From NCBI GenBank assembly GCA_000438195.1, contig FR903078.1, forward strand, positions 73,845 through 137,844: a stretch of DNA of 64,000 nucleotides, read 5' to 3'. The stretch's first letter is position 1. Each line of letters begins with the position of its first letter. Under the pieces are notes generated by a model, which searched no databases, had not been told where the DNA came from, and was given only the letters and a program-made list of their open reading frames with translations. Source of the stretch: Mycoplasma sp. CAG:776 (lineage in GTDB: Bacteria > Bacillota_I > Bacilli_A > RF39 > UBA660). A program made the position numbers and the translations under genes. Below, piece after piece: positions 8,462-19,175 of this stretch.

Positions 8462-9218
8462 TTTTATCCCCCTCTATTAATTTGAAAAAAGCTTCTCTTA
8501 AATTTGTTGTATTTGTATCTTTCTTTATTTTGGCTGGTGTTCCTTCATCAATGATGATCCCTTTATTCATCATAATTACTTTATCACATATATTTTCAGC
8601 TTCTTCCATATAATGAGTAGAATAAAGAATAGTTTTGCCTTTTCTTTTTTCTTCTTTAATAAATTTTAAAATAATCTCACTTGATATAATATCTAAACCA
8701 CTTGTTGCTTCATCTAAAATATAATATTTGGGGTTATGAATTAAACACCTAGCAATATTTACTCTTTGGGTTTGCCCCGTTGATAAAGATCCTATTCGAT
8801 TATATAAGAAAGAATCCATATCTAGTATTCTTGATATTTCTTCAATTCGACTTTCAATTTGACTTTTTTCAACATCATAAATGTTAGCACACATATTAAG
8901 TAATTCATAGCAACTTAACGTATTATAAATCTTTGTATTACCTGATAAATAAGCAATATTTTTCTTAATTTCAGTTTCGTTTTCTTTATAATTTAGATTA
9001 TCAAAAGTAACGATGCCACTAGTTGGCTCTAATATTCCCGCAATAATACGTAAAAGTGTTGTCTTACCTGCTCCATTTGGACCTAAAATACCTATGATTT
9101 CACCATCTTTGGCCTCTAAATTAATTTTCTTATTGGCATAAAATTCTATTTTTTCTTTAGACTTTGTAAACTTTGTAAATTTTTTAGTAATATTTTCTGC
9201 TTTTAACATATTGCCCAC
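8451..9218 (-). CDS. ABC transporter ATP-binding protein (NatA-like)
   Basis: Walker A GPNGAGKTT, signature LSTGQTQR, Walker B YILDEATSGLD. Confidence 0.9.
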   Translation of the reverse strand: MGNMLKAENITKKFTKFTKSKEKIEFYANKKINLEAKDGEIIGILGPNGAGKTTLLRIIAGILEPTSGIVTFDNLNYKENETEIKKNIAYLSGNTKIYNTLSCYELLNMCANIYDVEKSQIESRIEEISRILDMDSFLYNRIGSLSTGQTQRVNIARCLIHNPKYYILDEATSGLDIISSEIILKFIKEEKRKGKTILYSTHYMEEAENICDKVIMMNKGIIIDEGTPAKIKKDTNTTNLREAFFKLIEGDKNEK

Positions 9219-9257
9219 CTCAAATAATATTATACAAGATTATAAGCATGAATTCTA

Positions 9258-9623
9258 TTATTTTTCTTTCTTTTCCATTTCTTTTTTGATCCAGGACATA
9301 ATGATATTCACAATATAATCTAATTCCTCTTTTTTTAAGTCTCTTCCTTTGGGAATTTGATACCATTTATAAAGACAACTTCGGCAACAGGTTGCTGTTG
9401 CATGTTCTGCTATAAAAACGGGATGCCCTCTCATAGGTGTTTGTTTTCCATCATTCACAATATATGCTGGAACGAGTCTTTTTTTTAACAAGTCATAAGC
9501 ATGCGTTTTAATTACTTCTAAACCTTTTTCTTTTACATAATTTTTTTCTTTTTCTTTTAAATGAAAACTGCTTCGAAATTTAGATTTTGATAATTTATAT
9601 AATACTTCTTCTATCTGTTTCAT
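9258..9623 (-). CDS. DUF4186-like protein
   Basis: 121 aa; the HPVFIAEHATATCCRSCLYKWY motif is typical of DUF4186 proteins. Confidence 0.65.
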   Translation of the reverse strand: MKQIEEVLYKLSKSKFRSSFHLKEKEKNYVKEKGLEVIKTHAYDLLKKRLVPAYIVNDGKQTPMRGHPVFIAEHATATCCRSCLYKWYQIPKGRDLKKEELDYIVNIIMSWIKKEMEKKEK

Positions 9624-9652
9624 AATTTTAAAAAGATTATCTTTCGATAACC

Positions 9653-10393
9653 TTAACTTCTTGCTCCCCCATCTACTTGCATAATTTCTCCTGTTATATA
9701 ACTTGCCATATCACTTGCTAAAAATAAACAAGCATTCGCAATATCCTCTGGTAACCCTATTCTTCCTAAAGGAATTGTTTTTATTAATGGAGCTATCACT
9801 TCTTCTGGTAAATTAGCGACCATATCGGTTTTGGTTATTCCAGGAGCAACAGCATTAACTCTTATTCCTACTGGTGCTAATTCTCTTGATAAAGATTTTG
9901 TAAGACCATTTACAGCAAATTTAGTCATTGGATATGCACATCCTGCTGGTTGACCATATATGCTTACCATAGATGAAATACTAATAATGGTTCCTTTCGT
10001 TTTTTTTAAATGGGGAACAATCTCTTTAGAACAAATAAATACTCCTTTCATATTTACATTACTAATTTTATCATATTCTTCTACTGTATAATTCTCTATC
10101 TTAGTACTAGAAGACATACCAGCATTATTTAATAAAATATCAATTTTACCAAATTTATTTGCTATTTCTTTAAAAGTTTCCCTTACTTCTATTTCATTTG
10201 CTAGATTAGGATAAAATCCTATTACTTCAAATTTTTCATTTTCTTTTTGCAATTTTGCTATTGCTTCTTCTACACTTTCTTTTTTAGATCCAAATAAAGC
10301 AACCTTTGCTCCATTATGTAAGAATTTTCTTACTATTTCAAACCCTATTCCCCTTGTTCCACCTGTAACTACAGCTATTTTTCCTTCTATCAT
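9653..10393 (-). CDS. Short-chain dehydrogenase/reductase, FabG-like 3-oxoacyl-ACP reductase
   Basis: 246 aa; TGGTRGIG cofactor motif, NNAG, catalytic S...YxxxK (YPMTK). Confidence 0.85.
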   Translation of the reverse strand: MIEGKIAVVTGGTRGIGFEIVRKFLHNGAKVALFGSKKESVEEAIAKLQKENEKFEVIGFYPNLANEIEVRETFKEIANKFGKIDILLNNAGMSSSTKIENYTVEEYDKISNVNMKGVFICSKEIVPHLKKTKGTIISISSMVSIYGQPAGCAYPMTKFAVNGLTKSLSRELAPVGIRVNAVAPGITKTDMVANLPEEVIAPLIKTIPLGRIGLPEDIANACLFLASDMASYITGEIMQVDGGARS

Positions 10394-10487
10394 TTTATCT
10401 ACCCTTTCTATTTATACTTAATCATATTTTTACGCATTAGTCAATCTTTTCACTTGCTATTTGATATTTCTTTACTTTTTTTTATTT

Positions 10488-10796
10488 TCAAAATAGATGC
10501 GCCATAAAGCAAGAATTTATAACCTTAACAAATATTATAATAAATGCTACTATTAATATTAGTCTCATTATAGTTTCTGCTTTTTTAGTTTTTATGTTTT
10601 TTTTACTTATAATAGTTATCAGAGCAGAAATTAAAACAGAAATAATTATTTTAAATAACCAAGCTGATGTAAGATTAGCAATAAAATAATTTAATGGTGT
10701 GGTAATTATCCCAATTATTAATGAAGGTATGAAAAAACTTAAAATTAAATAGCTCTCAATTAAAACCATCATAAATATAAAAATTGTTTTTTTCAT
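10488..10796 (-). CDS. Small integral membrane protein
   Basis: 102 aa with three or four hydrophobic helices. Confidence 0.55.
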   Translation of the reverse strand: MKKTIFIFMMVLIESYLILSFFIPSLIIGIITTPLNYFIANLTSAWLFKIIISVLISALITIISKKNIKTKKAETIMRLILIVAFIIIFVKVINSCFMAHLF

Positions 10797-10878
10797 TTTT
10801 TTACTCCTATTCTATATTCATTTTATTATTCTAATTCTAACATGAATGAATTAACATTAAATTCAATTATTGCTTCTT

Positions 10879-11337
10879 CTATTGTTCAAATAAGTATAAC
10901 AATGGATTAAAATCTTTATTATTTACATTAATTCCTATAGAATAATCTTCATTTAATAAACAGTGTCCTTCATATTCGGCGATTAAGTTATCATTTCCAT
11001 CATAAAACTGGATTAACTTTCCAATATAATTAGTTTCTATTATAAGCTGTAATGTAGCTTTATTTATGACATTTATTATTTTGGCAATTGTTTCTTGATT
11101 CGTTATTACTTGCTTTTCTTTATAAGTCCAACCATCTAATCCTAAAATTTCACCATTATCGTCGTGAACAGCTAAAACGACTTTTTCTGTATTTTGTATC
11201 TCCTCTTTAAAATTGGTTAATATTTTATCTAGTTCTTCTTCTAAATCTTTTTTATGCGTACTTGTACACCCGCTTAGTCCTATTATAAAAAAAGTTAATA
11301 GCAAAAATATCCCTATTCTTTTCATACCTCTACTCAC
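10879..11337 (-). CDS. Lipoprotein, function unknown
   Basis: Signal peptide with lipobox LLTFFIIGLSGC. Confidence 0.7.
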   Translation of the reverse strand: MSRGMKRIGIFLLLTFFIIGLSGCTSTHKKDLEEELDKILTNFKEEIQNTEKVVLAVHDDNGEILGLDGWTYKEKQVITNQETIAKIINVINKATLQLIIETNYIGKLIQFYDGNDNLIAEYEGHCLLNEDYSIGINVNNKDFNPLLYLFEQ

Positions 11338-11406
11338 TTTCTAGTGTCATTATAGCACGAAAAAAGTAGATTGTATAGAACCTACTCTTAGAACTTGTTA
11401 TGTCTT

Positions 11407-12690
11407 TTACTTGCATGTAAGTTTATCTTTTCCACCCATATATGGTTGCAATGCTTTAGGAATTTTTATGCTTCCATCTTTTTGATAATTGTTTTCTAAA
11501 AAGGCAATTAGTCCTCTTGGTGTTGCTAAAACTGTATTATTTAAAGTAGCTACATATTTATTTCCATGTTCTGTTTTCATACGAATTCCAAGACGTCTTG
11601 CTTGAGCTTCACCTAGAGTTGAACAAGATCCTACTTCAAAATATTTTTGTTGTCTTGGACTCCATGCTTCTACATCACATGATTTTACTTTAAGATCAGC
11701 TAAATCACCACTACAACACTCTAAAGTTCTTACAGGTATATCTAAACTTCTAAAGAATTCTACAGTATATTTCCACATCTTATTATACCAATCCATTGCT
11801 TCTTCTGGTTTACAAATTACAATCATTTCTTCTTTTTCAAATTGATGAACACGATATAAGCCTCTTTCTTCTAAACCATGAGCTCCTACTTCTTTTCTAA
11901 AGCATGGTGAATAGGAAGTTAAAGTAATTGGAAGTTCACTTTCTTTTACAATTTCTCCTTTAAATCTACCAATCATAGAATGCTCACTTGTACCTATTAA
12001 AAATAGATCTTCTCCCTCAATTTTGTACATCATCGCATCCATTTCAGCAAAAGACATTACTCCATTTACCACTTCACTTCTGATCATAAATGGTGGAATA
12101 CAATAGATGAACCCTCTATCAATCATGAAATCTCTAGCATATGTTAACATAGCACTATGAAGCCTAGCTATATCACCAGTTAGAAAATAAAAGCCATTGC
12201 CACTAGTTCTTCCAGCTGCTTCTTTATCTAGTCCATTTAATGCCTCGCAAATGTCAGCATGATAAGGGATTTCATAATCTGGTACTAAAGGATTTCCAAA
12301 ACGTTCTAGTTCTACATTTTCAGAATCATCTTTACCAATAGGAACTGAGTCATCAATGATTTGAGGAATTTTCATCATTTTTTCTTTTATCTCATTTTCT
12401 AGTTTTACTTCTTCTGCTTCTAAGTTAGCAATCTTAAAAGATATTGCTCCAACTTGTTCTTTAATCGCTTGGGCTTCTTCTTTTTTACCATTACGCATCA
12501 GCATGCCAATTTGATCACTTAATTTATTTTTTTCGCTTCTTAAGTCATCAGCTTCTTTCTTTGCATTTCGATATTTTAAATCTAATTCATAAATTTCATC
12601 CACTAATGGTATTTTTTCATCTTGAAATTTCTTTTTAATGTTTTCTTTTACTAATTCTCTTTCTTCTCTAATTAATTTAATATCAATCAT
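11407..12690 (-). CDS. serS: Seryl-tRNA synthetase
   Basis: 427 aa; N-terminal coiled-coil arm and class II motifs (YSPCFRKEVGAHG, RVHQFEKEEM, GSCSTLGEAQARRLGIR). Confidence 0.95.
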   Translation of the reverse strand: MIDIKLIREERELVKENIKKKFQDEKIPLVDEIYELDLKYRNAKKEADDLRSEKNKLSDQIGMLMRNGKKEEAQAIKEQVGAISFKIANLEAEEVKLENEIKEKMMKIPQIIDDSVPIGKDDSENVELERFGNPLVPDYEIPYHADICEALNGLDKEAAGRTSGNGFYFLTGDIARLHSAMLTYARDFMIDRGFIYCIPPFMIRSEVVNGVMSFAEMDAMMYKIEGEDLFLIGTSEHSMIGRFKGEIVKESELPITLTSYSPCFRKEVGAHGLEERGLYRVHQFEKEEMIVICKPEEAMDWYNKMWKYTVEFFRSLDIPVRTLECCSGDLADLKVKSCDVEAWSPRQQKYFEVGSCSTLGEAQARRLGIRMKTEHGNKYVATLNNTVLATPRGLIAFLENNYQKDGSIKIPKALQPYMGGKDKLTCK

Positions 12691-12699
12691 TTTCTTTCC

Positions 12700-12940
12700 T
12701 TCTTTCTAAAATAAAAAAGAATGGTTATCTAAAGGAGTCTTTTAGACGGTACCATCCTTTTATTTGCTTAATTTTAATAACGGCTTATCACCGGGGAGGA
12801 TTAGTCCCGCTAGAAAGGAGATTTCATACCATTATTTACTTATTTCCATCAACCATAAGCTTTCTATTAAAATAAATGATATTACTTATCTTTCTTTTGC
12901 TTTACCTTTATAATATACCATAAAATTTTATTTATGACAA
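12700..12940 (-). promoter_or_regulatory. T-box leader (Ser) with promoter and terminator/antiterminator upstream of serS
   Basis: Promoter is TTGTCA (12935-12940), 17 nt, then TGgTATATT. The conserved T-box sequence AAAGGATGGTACCG lies at 12747-12760 on the minus strand. The terminator is GGATGGTACCGTCTAAAAG-ACTC-CTTTAGATAACCATTC followed by a U-run. AGUA and GAAAUCUCC elements in stem I provide a UCU/UCC Ser specifier candidate. Confidence 0.8.
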
Positions 12941-13006
12941 TTATTAATATTAAAAATATATTTGATTTATTAAGATATCTTTATAACATAGAAGTGATCT
13001 GCTGTT

Positions 13007-14566
13007 TTAAATTCTAATTTTAAATGTCTTGGGAGCTAATTTATAAATTAGAATTAGCGATATTAAACTATAAGTAATGGCAAATAAAATCATAGCTAAT
13101 CCAAAATAAAACGTTGGAAGTTGTACCTTAATCATATAATAACAAATTATATAAGTTAACAAATTTACAATTGTATAAGTTACGTTTTTAGTTTCGCTAT
13201 TTATATTGTAAGGTTGTAATAAATAATAAATTACTAAATGATGTACCGAAAAGAAAATGCTCATAGATATAATTGAAACAAATAAAATAATATAATTTAA
13301 AGGATTAGAAGTTCCACCTGTTATGAAAAGTAATAAAGGTAATCCTACTCCTATAATTGTAGCTGGTAATAAATTAACTAAAATAATACTTTTTAATCTT
13401 TCTTTAAATAATTTAAGAATTGCAGCAGGTGTTCGGTAAAAAGCATAAGTTAACAGAGAATGATCACAATTCATGAACATAGCTTTTGTAACGGACTCAC
13501 CTCTATTAATCAAGTACATAATAAAGACAAAATATGGTAAATAGTTCATAATAAGATCATTTATATCTTTTTTCATACTTTGATTCATTGTAATGATTAA
13601 AAATAAAATCCCAAATATTATCATACTAAACATAGCTACTTTCTTAGAACTTTTTAATAATAATTTACTATGTCTTTTGATAAATAATTCATTTAAGTAG
13701 GCAAAGCCTTTTTTCTTACTTGTTAATTTTTTATCAATGCTTATTTGCTTTAATACTGTTTCATTCGCATCTTTTATAGGATCTATACTAGTATCCGTCA
13801 AGACTTTTTTATACATTTCGCGATATTTATTAAATTTTAAAATATATTTAATTGAAAAAAGGCTTCCTAATATACTAATGATCATTATGATAAGCGATAT
13901 CTTCCAAGAAAGAACCATATTAAAGTATGGTAAACCGTATGCTAAAGCTAGTAACAGAAATGTTAATCCCCATAAATATTTAATCGGTTTATTTTCATTA
14001 ATTACAATTCCTTTTTTCTCATAAAGATATAAAGAATAAGATGTTACCATTATTTTTAAAGCAGCTACAAAGAAAGGAACTAAAATGCATATTCCAATAT
14101 TTAATCCTGATAATAAGCCAAAGATAATTGTAAATGGTAAAAAACCAATTATTATTTTTAATATAGCATAAAAATAATTACTTAATGAATAATTTTTCGC
14201 ATCCATCCTCATAATAAACATCGCATAATATTTATCTTTCGTAGGATTAAACATATAAGTATTTAAAAAGGATCCGATTATTGTTAAACAAATTAAAATA
14301 TGGAGAAATGTAGAACTAGTATTTGTATCATACAACATTGTCATATAAAAGATCATTAGAAAAAGATATAAGAATTTCCCTAAAAATATATCCAATAATT
14401 CAAATAAAATACTTATCAAATTTCCGAAAAATTTTAAAACTCTACTCTGATATAATTTATCTTTTAAAATCTTTTTTAAAAATGGTAGACTTTTTATAGC
14501 ATAAATAAAAGTGTTTACTTTATAAGTGTTGCGTAAACGGAATGATAAAAGAAATGTGTGTAGCAT
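13007..14566 (-). CDS. Polytopic membrane protein, probable permease partner of the upstream ABC ATPase
   Basis: 519 aa with at least 10 hydrophobic helices. Its start is 1 nt after the ATPase stop. Confidence 0.65.
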   Translation of the reverse strand: MLHTFLLSFRLRNTYKVNTFIYAIKSLPFLKKILKDKLYQSRVLKFFGNLISILFELLDIFLGKFLYLFLMIFYMTMLYDTNTSSTFLHILICLTIIGSFLNTYMFNPTKDKYYAMFIMRMDAKNYSLSNYFYAILKIIIGFLPFTIIFGLLSGLNIGICILVPFFVAALKIMVTSYSLYLYEKKGIVINENKPIKYLWGLTFLLLALAYGLPYFNMVLSWKISLIIMIISILGSLFSIKYILKFNKYREMYKKVLTDTSIDPIKDANETVLKQISIDKKLTSKKKGFAYLNELFIKRHSKLLLKSSKKVAMFSMIIFGILFLIITMNQSMKKDINDLIMNYLPYFVFIMYLINRGESVTKAMFMNCDHSLLTYAFYRTPAAILKLFKERLKSIILVNLLPATIIGVGLPLLLFITGGTSNPLNYIILFVSIISMSIFFSVHHLVIYYLLQPYNINSETKNVTYTIVNLLTYIICYYMIKVQLPTFYFGLAMILFAITYSLISLILIYKLAPKTFKIRI

Positions 14567-14567
14567 T

Positions 14568-15266
14568 TTAATTTTCCTCTCTTAACATTTCTATAATTTT
14601 TTCTTTTCTTTCTTCCCCTTTTATTTTGCTATCTACTAAGCTTAGAGTCCCATTTTTTAATATTACTATTTCATCGCACAAACTCAATGCAAGATCCATA
14701 ATATGAGTAGAAAAAATTAGAATATGATCTTTTTTGATACCTCTTAACATTTCTTTCATTTCTTCTGCTACTATAACATCTAAGCTTGTTAAGGGTTCAT
14801 CTAGTAATAGAATATTGGGATTAGCTATAATATTTACTAACATTTGCATTTTATTTTTCATACCATGTGAATAATCTTTTAATAATTTATCACGGTCTTT
14901 TTCCTCAATTTTCATAAATTTAAAATACTCATCTATCTCTTTTGGCTCCTTTATTTTGCCTTCATTGATTTCAAGAAAAAATTTTAAAAATTCTCTTCCT
15001 GTTAAGAATTCTGGTACTACGGGAGTCGATAAAACATACCCGATATCCTCAATTGTTAGTGGCCTTGTTTTTCCTTCTTCTTTGATCGTAAAAATGCCAG
15101 TATCTGGTTTAATATCATCATTTAGGCAATTAAAGAATGTTGTTTTTCCAGCTCCATTCCGACCTAACAAACCATATATTTTCCCTTGTTCAAATGTAAA
15201 ATTAATATTCTTTAAAATTTCTTTATTATCAAAACTTTTCTTTAAATTTATTACTTCTAATTGCAT
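14568..15266 (-). CDS. ABC transporter ATP-binding protein
   Basis: Walker A GRNGAGKTT, signature-like YSHGMKNK, Walker B LLLDEPLTSLD. Confidence 0.9.
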   Translation of the reverse strand: MQLEVINLKKSFDNKEILKNINFTFEQGKIYGLLGRNGAGKTTFFNCLNDDIKPDTGIFTIKEEGKTRPLTIEDIGYVLSTPVVPEFLTGREFLKFFLEINEGKIKEPKEIDEYFKFMKIEEKDRDKLLKDYSHGMKNKMQMLVNIIANPNILLLDEPLTSLDVIVAEEMKEMLRGIKKDHILIFSTHIMDLALSLCDEIVILKNGTLSLVDSKIKGEERKEKIIEMLREEN

Positions 15267-15292
15267 ATAAACTCCTTTTTTCTAACTTTTAA

Positions 15293-15832
15293 TTAACTGC
15301 GTTTTTGGGCTTCATGATTTAAAAAGTTATAGAAACTTAATTCTTCATCCCAATATTTAGCATTTAAAAATTCTATTAGTGTACTTTCTTCATCTAAAGA
15401 TAATGTAATCTCAGGATTAAAATAAATATGGGTTCCATCACTAACCAATAGATTCCCTTCTGATGATGATTTTAACTTAGCAAAACTACTTAAATATACT
15501 TTTTTAATTTCAGGTAAACTTAGATAGGCAAGAAATAACATTTTATTTATTTTATTAGTTCTAAGATTTTTTAGATATTCTATGTGACTTAGTCTACTTT
15601 TTATTTCTTTATTTAAACTATGACAAATTCCTTTTAAATTATTCGCTGTTATTTCACAATATTCTTGAAAACTCATATATTCTAAACAGGTATCTTGATT
15701 TTGATATGCTATATCACTTTCAAAAGTTTTTTGAATCATTTCTAAATAATATTGTTGGATATTTTCTATTTCTTCATTATACTTTGTCATTAATTTATTT
15801 ATTATTTCTATTTCATCAAAAATGTTCATCAT
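15293..15832 (-). CDS. Hypothetical protein
   Basis: 179-aa ORF; no recognisable motif. Confidence 0.55.
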   Translation of the reverse strand: MMNIFDEIEIINKLMTKYNEEIENIQQYYLEMIQKTFESDIAYQNQDTCLEYMSFQEYCEITANNLKGICHSLNKEIKSRLSHIEYLKNLRTNKINKMLFLAYLSLPEIKKVYLSSFAKLKSSSEGNLLVSDGTHIYFNPEITLSLDEESTLIEFLNAKYWDEELSFYNFLNHEAQKRS

Positions 15833-15889
15833 AACTCATCACCTGATAAACTCATTATAAAAGATATATTTTTAAATGGCAAGAAAAAA

Positions 15890-16312
15890 CTATTTTAGTT
15901 TTTCTAAAATAGCTCGTTCTATTCCTTTTAATGGCAAGTTGGCACAGACTTTTCTATTTCCCTGCTTACTAACTTCCTTGTAAGCTACCGCCTCTTTTAA
16001 TATTTCAGAATTAAAGTTATCTCCATTTGTCATTTGATAAAATTCATGGATATAAGCTAAAGCTTCTTCATTAGTTTTATCAATTAAATTTTTAATCATA
16101 ATAGAGGTGGAAGATATCGAAATAGCACAGGCTTCGCCATCAAAAGTGATATCTTCAATTTTATTGTTATTCCATTTAATATATAAATTAATATTATCAA
16201 TACAAGATTCGTTTCGGGTATTTACTTTAACATATCCTTCATGAGGAAAATCTCTATTTACAGGATGAAGATAATTTTCCATAATTATTTTTCTTGACTC
16301 TTCTATATTCAT
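15890..16312 (-). CDS. sufU: SUF-type Fe-S cluster sulfur-transfer/scaffold protein SufU
   Basis: 140 aa with IscU/SufU-like Cys pattern (ESCIDNI..., GEACAISISSTS, RKVCANLP). It lies immediately downstream of sufS. Confidence 0.85.
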   Translation of the reverse strand: MNIEESRKIIMENYLHPVNRDFPHEGYVKVNTRNESCIDNINLYIKWNNNKIEDITFDGEACAISISSTSIMIKNLIDKTNEEALAYIHEFYQMTNGDNFNSEILKEAVAYKEVSKQGNRKVCANLPLKGIERAILEKLK

Positions 16313-17508
16313 TAAATCATCTCTTTTACTATCTTATCATAATTACTTAATAATTCTACTAAATCATCGATTTCTTCATAAGTATTATAAAAATATAAAC
16401 TAATTCGTACTGTATTATTTACACCAACACTTGATTTTAATATTTTCGCACAGTGATTTCCTGCTCTAACACAAATATTATATTTATTTAAGTAATATGC
16501 TACATCTTGACTAAATATATTTGAAACATTAAAGGTTACAATTCCACTATCACTTTCAATATTAATGATATCAATATGCTTTAAAGGGAGTAATTTGTCT
16601 ACCAAATATTTTCTTAAACTCAATTCATATTTATGAATATTATCCATACCTATTTTGTTTAAATATCTAATCGCTTCGCCTAATCCTATTACACCCGCTA
16701 TATTTCTGGTTCCCGCTTCTAATCTAGTAGGTAGTTCCTTTAAATATATTTCCTCTGGATTATCAAAAGATTCATTCATTCCACCTCCTAGAACTGTTGG
16801 TTCTAAGTGTTCTAATAATTCTTTTTTTCCATATAAAATTCCTACTCCTGTTGGACCACACATTTTGTGAGCCGAAAAAGCTAAAAAATCAACATCTAAA
16901 TCTTTTACATCTATTTTCATGTGAGGAGCCATTTGAGCAGCATCTAATACTACAAAAATATTATTTTCATGAGCAAGTTTACAAATTTCTTTTATTGGCC
17001 TAATATCACCAATTACATTGGTAATTCCAGCGATACTTATTACTTTCGTCTTAGGAGTTATCACTTTTTTTAAATTATCTATTGTTAAATAATAATTACT
17101 ATCTAAAGGAATATAATTTATTTCTATATTATTTTTTTTTACCAACCGAAACCATGGTAAAATATTAGAGGCATGTTCACTAGTAGTAAGTAAAACTTCA
17201 TCATTTGCTTCAAATAGATTAGCAAAGAAACCATCTACTATCATATTTAGAGAATCTGTTGTTCCATTCGTAAATATAATCTCTTCTAAATACTCAGCAT
17301 TAATAAATTCTTTCACTAAATTTCTTGTTTCTTCATATTCTTGATCTACTTTATAAGATAAATCATAGTCTCCTCGATGAGCATTTGCCGGATAATTTGT
17401 ATAATAGTCTGTTATTTTATCAATTACGCACTTTGGCTTTAAGCTTGTGGCACTATTATCAAAATATATAATATCCTCTTTTAATAAAGGAAAATCTTCT
17501 CTATTCAT
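16312..17508 (-). CDS. sufS: Cysteine desulfurase, SufS family
   Basis: 398 aa; PLP-lysine motif FSAHKMCGPTGVGILYG, catalytic-loop RAGNHCA. Confidence 0.9.
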   Translation of the reverse strand: MNREDFPLLKEDIIYFDNSATSLKPKCVIDKITDYYTNYPANAHRGDYDLSYKVDQEYEETRNLVKEFINAEYLEEIIFTNGTTDSLNMIVDGFFANLFEANDEVLLTTSEHASNILPWFRLVKKNNIEINYIPLDSNYYLTIDNLKKVITPKTKVISIAGITNVIGDIRPIKEICKLAHENNIFVVLDAAQMAPHMKIDVKDLDVDFLAFSAHKMCGPTGVGILYGKKELLEHLEPTVLGGGMNESFDNPEEIYLKELPTRLEAGTRNIAGVIGLGEAIRYLNKIGMDNIHKYELSLRKYLVDKLLPLKHIDIINIESDSGIVTFNVSNIFSQDVAYYLNKYNICVRAGNHCAKILKSSVGVNNTVRISLYFYNTYEEIDDLVELLSNYDKIVKEMI

Positions 17509-17578
17509 CGTTCACCTCCAGTTTTCTATTGTATTTTATTCCATTTATAAAATAGTACTTATAATATTCGCCTTTTTA

Positions 17579-18385
17579 TTATTCGATATTAATTCTTCTG
17601 CTTCGTTCATATAGCTTATTTATCTCATCTGAAAAATCTATATTTGTTTCCGTTCGATAATTTAAAATATGGATTTCATTTGTTCCATTTGGCACTCCAC
17701 TTATTCTTATAATTAAATTGTTACTTATTGAACTTAGTGTATATCTTTCAACAAAGCCTTCTTTAATTATAAGTTCATCTACTAAAATGATTTTATTCTC
17801 CTCGGTTATTTCCTTTACTGATATATGTGTTAAACATTGTTTTTCGTAAACATTTTGATTTTCAAAAAAACGTCTCATATATAGCCTTTTTAAATCTATA
17901 ATTGTAGTATTTTTATTTATTGTGTTGAAACAATGAGGATCTAAATAGTAATCAATATCATAGGGAATTATAAAACTATAAATTCTATTTTCGATTTCGA
18001 TTTCTATTTTAATTTGATGTGCATCAAGAATTTGGGTTATTGTTCTATCTTTTTCTTTTATTTTATATTTTTCTAACCGAGCAAAGTACTGCCTATCTGT
18101 CCAATCTGTAAAAAAAGTATACTCTTGATTTTCATTTTTAATTATTAAACGTTCATTTAAAATTATTAAAATTAAATTTTTGCTATTCGCAGTTGCTCTA
18201 AATTCAATTTCACCTGTTTTTTCGCTTAATAGCTCTAAATAATAATTTTTACTACCTAAAAAGGAAAGAATAAATTGACTTGCTATTTTTAACATGTTTT
18301 GATAATTTCTTATTATTTCATTTATTTCGCTATTATAAATGAAAGGTAAAAAATCTTGACTTTTAAAAGTATAATCTTTTCTCAT
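17579..18385 (-). CDS. Hypothetical protein
   Basis: 268-aa ORF; no recognisable motif. Confidence 0.55.
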   Translation of the reverse strand: MRKDYTFKSQDFLPFIYNSEINEIIRNYQNMLKIASQFILSFLGSKNYYLELLSEKTGEIEFRATANSKNLILIILNERLIIKNENQEYTFFTDWTDRQYFARLEKYKIKEKDRTITQILDAHQIKIEIEIENRIYSFIIPYDIDYYLDPHCFNTINKNTTIIDLKRLYMRRFFENQNVYEKQCLTHISVKEITEENKIILVDELIIKEGFVERYTLSSISNNLIIRISGVPNGTNEIHILNYRTETNIDFSDEINKLYERSRRINIE

Positions 18386-18405
18386 AATTCACCTAAAAAA
18401 ATATG

Positions 18406-18825
18406 TTACTTTTCTTGTAACATATTTAATAAATCAATTTTAAACTTATCTTTAGAAGCATTCGCTTTTGATATCATTATTCCTTTATATGTTGCAAGTT
18501 CACTCATATGTCCTTCTAACAATATTTCAGTAGGTGTAATTGTATCAAGCATAATTGTTCCTTCTTTTAAATAGACAGTATAATAAAGTTTTACTTCTCC
18601 ATGGACAGCTGCAAACATTTTATCACTTGGTAATTTAAGCTCGTATTTTTCAGTTTGTTCTTTTTTATTTGTGCTAATTAATTCTCCAACAAACTTGCCA
18701 TTTCTAAGCGCTGGATAATAATCAAAATTTAGCTTTTTAAAGGCTAACATATTATACTTTTTTAGCGCTCTTTCTAATTTTTTGAATTCGTTTTCATTAA
18801 TGTAATCTAAAACATAACCTTTCAT
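18406..18825 (-). CDS. Hypothetical protein
   Basis: 139-aa ORF; no recognisable motif. Confidence 0.55.
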   Translation of the reverse strand: MKGYVLDYINENEFKKLERALKKYNMLAFKKLNFDYYPALRNGKFVGELISTNKKEQTEKYELKLPSDKMFAAVHGEVKLYYTVYLKEGTIMLDTITPTEILLEGHMSELATYKGIMISKANASKDKFKIDLLNMLQEK

Positions 18826-18908
18826 AAATTAACCCCCTATTTCAATTACGTTTTAATTATAGCATATTTTAAGTTCTTTGTCAAATTAACGTAAAAATTG
18901 CATCTTTA

Positions 18909-19175
18909 CTATTGATTTTTGTCGATTTTTAACTTTACAATTGTCATCCCAGGATTCCATATGTTTACTTTATAAGAATCTACTAACTTATTTTTCTTTA
19001 ACAATTCGTGAACACGGTTGCGTAATATATTAGAACTTTTTCCATGAATAATTCCTACATAAGCATTTTTTAGTTTTACATTATCTTTTATAAAATCATT
19101 TAAAAAATAGACTACAGTATCCGTTGTTTCTCCATGGACATTTAATACTGGCGAATTACTACTGAACATTTCCAT
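18909..19175 (-). CDS. Smr-domain protein
   Basis: 88 aa; LNVHGETTDTVVYFLNDFI...IIHGKSSNILRNRVHELL fits the Smr (MutS2 C-terminal) pattern LDLHG...HGxG. Confidence 0.75.
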   Translation of the reverse strand: MEMFSSNSPVLNVHGETTDTVVYFLNDFIKDNVKLKNAYVGIIHGKSSNILRNRVHELLKKNKLVDSYKVNIWNPGMTIVKLKIDKNQ

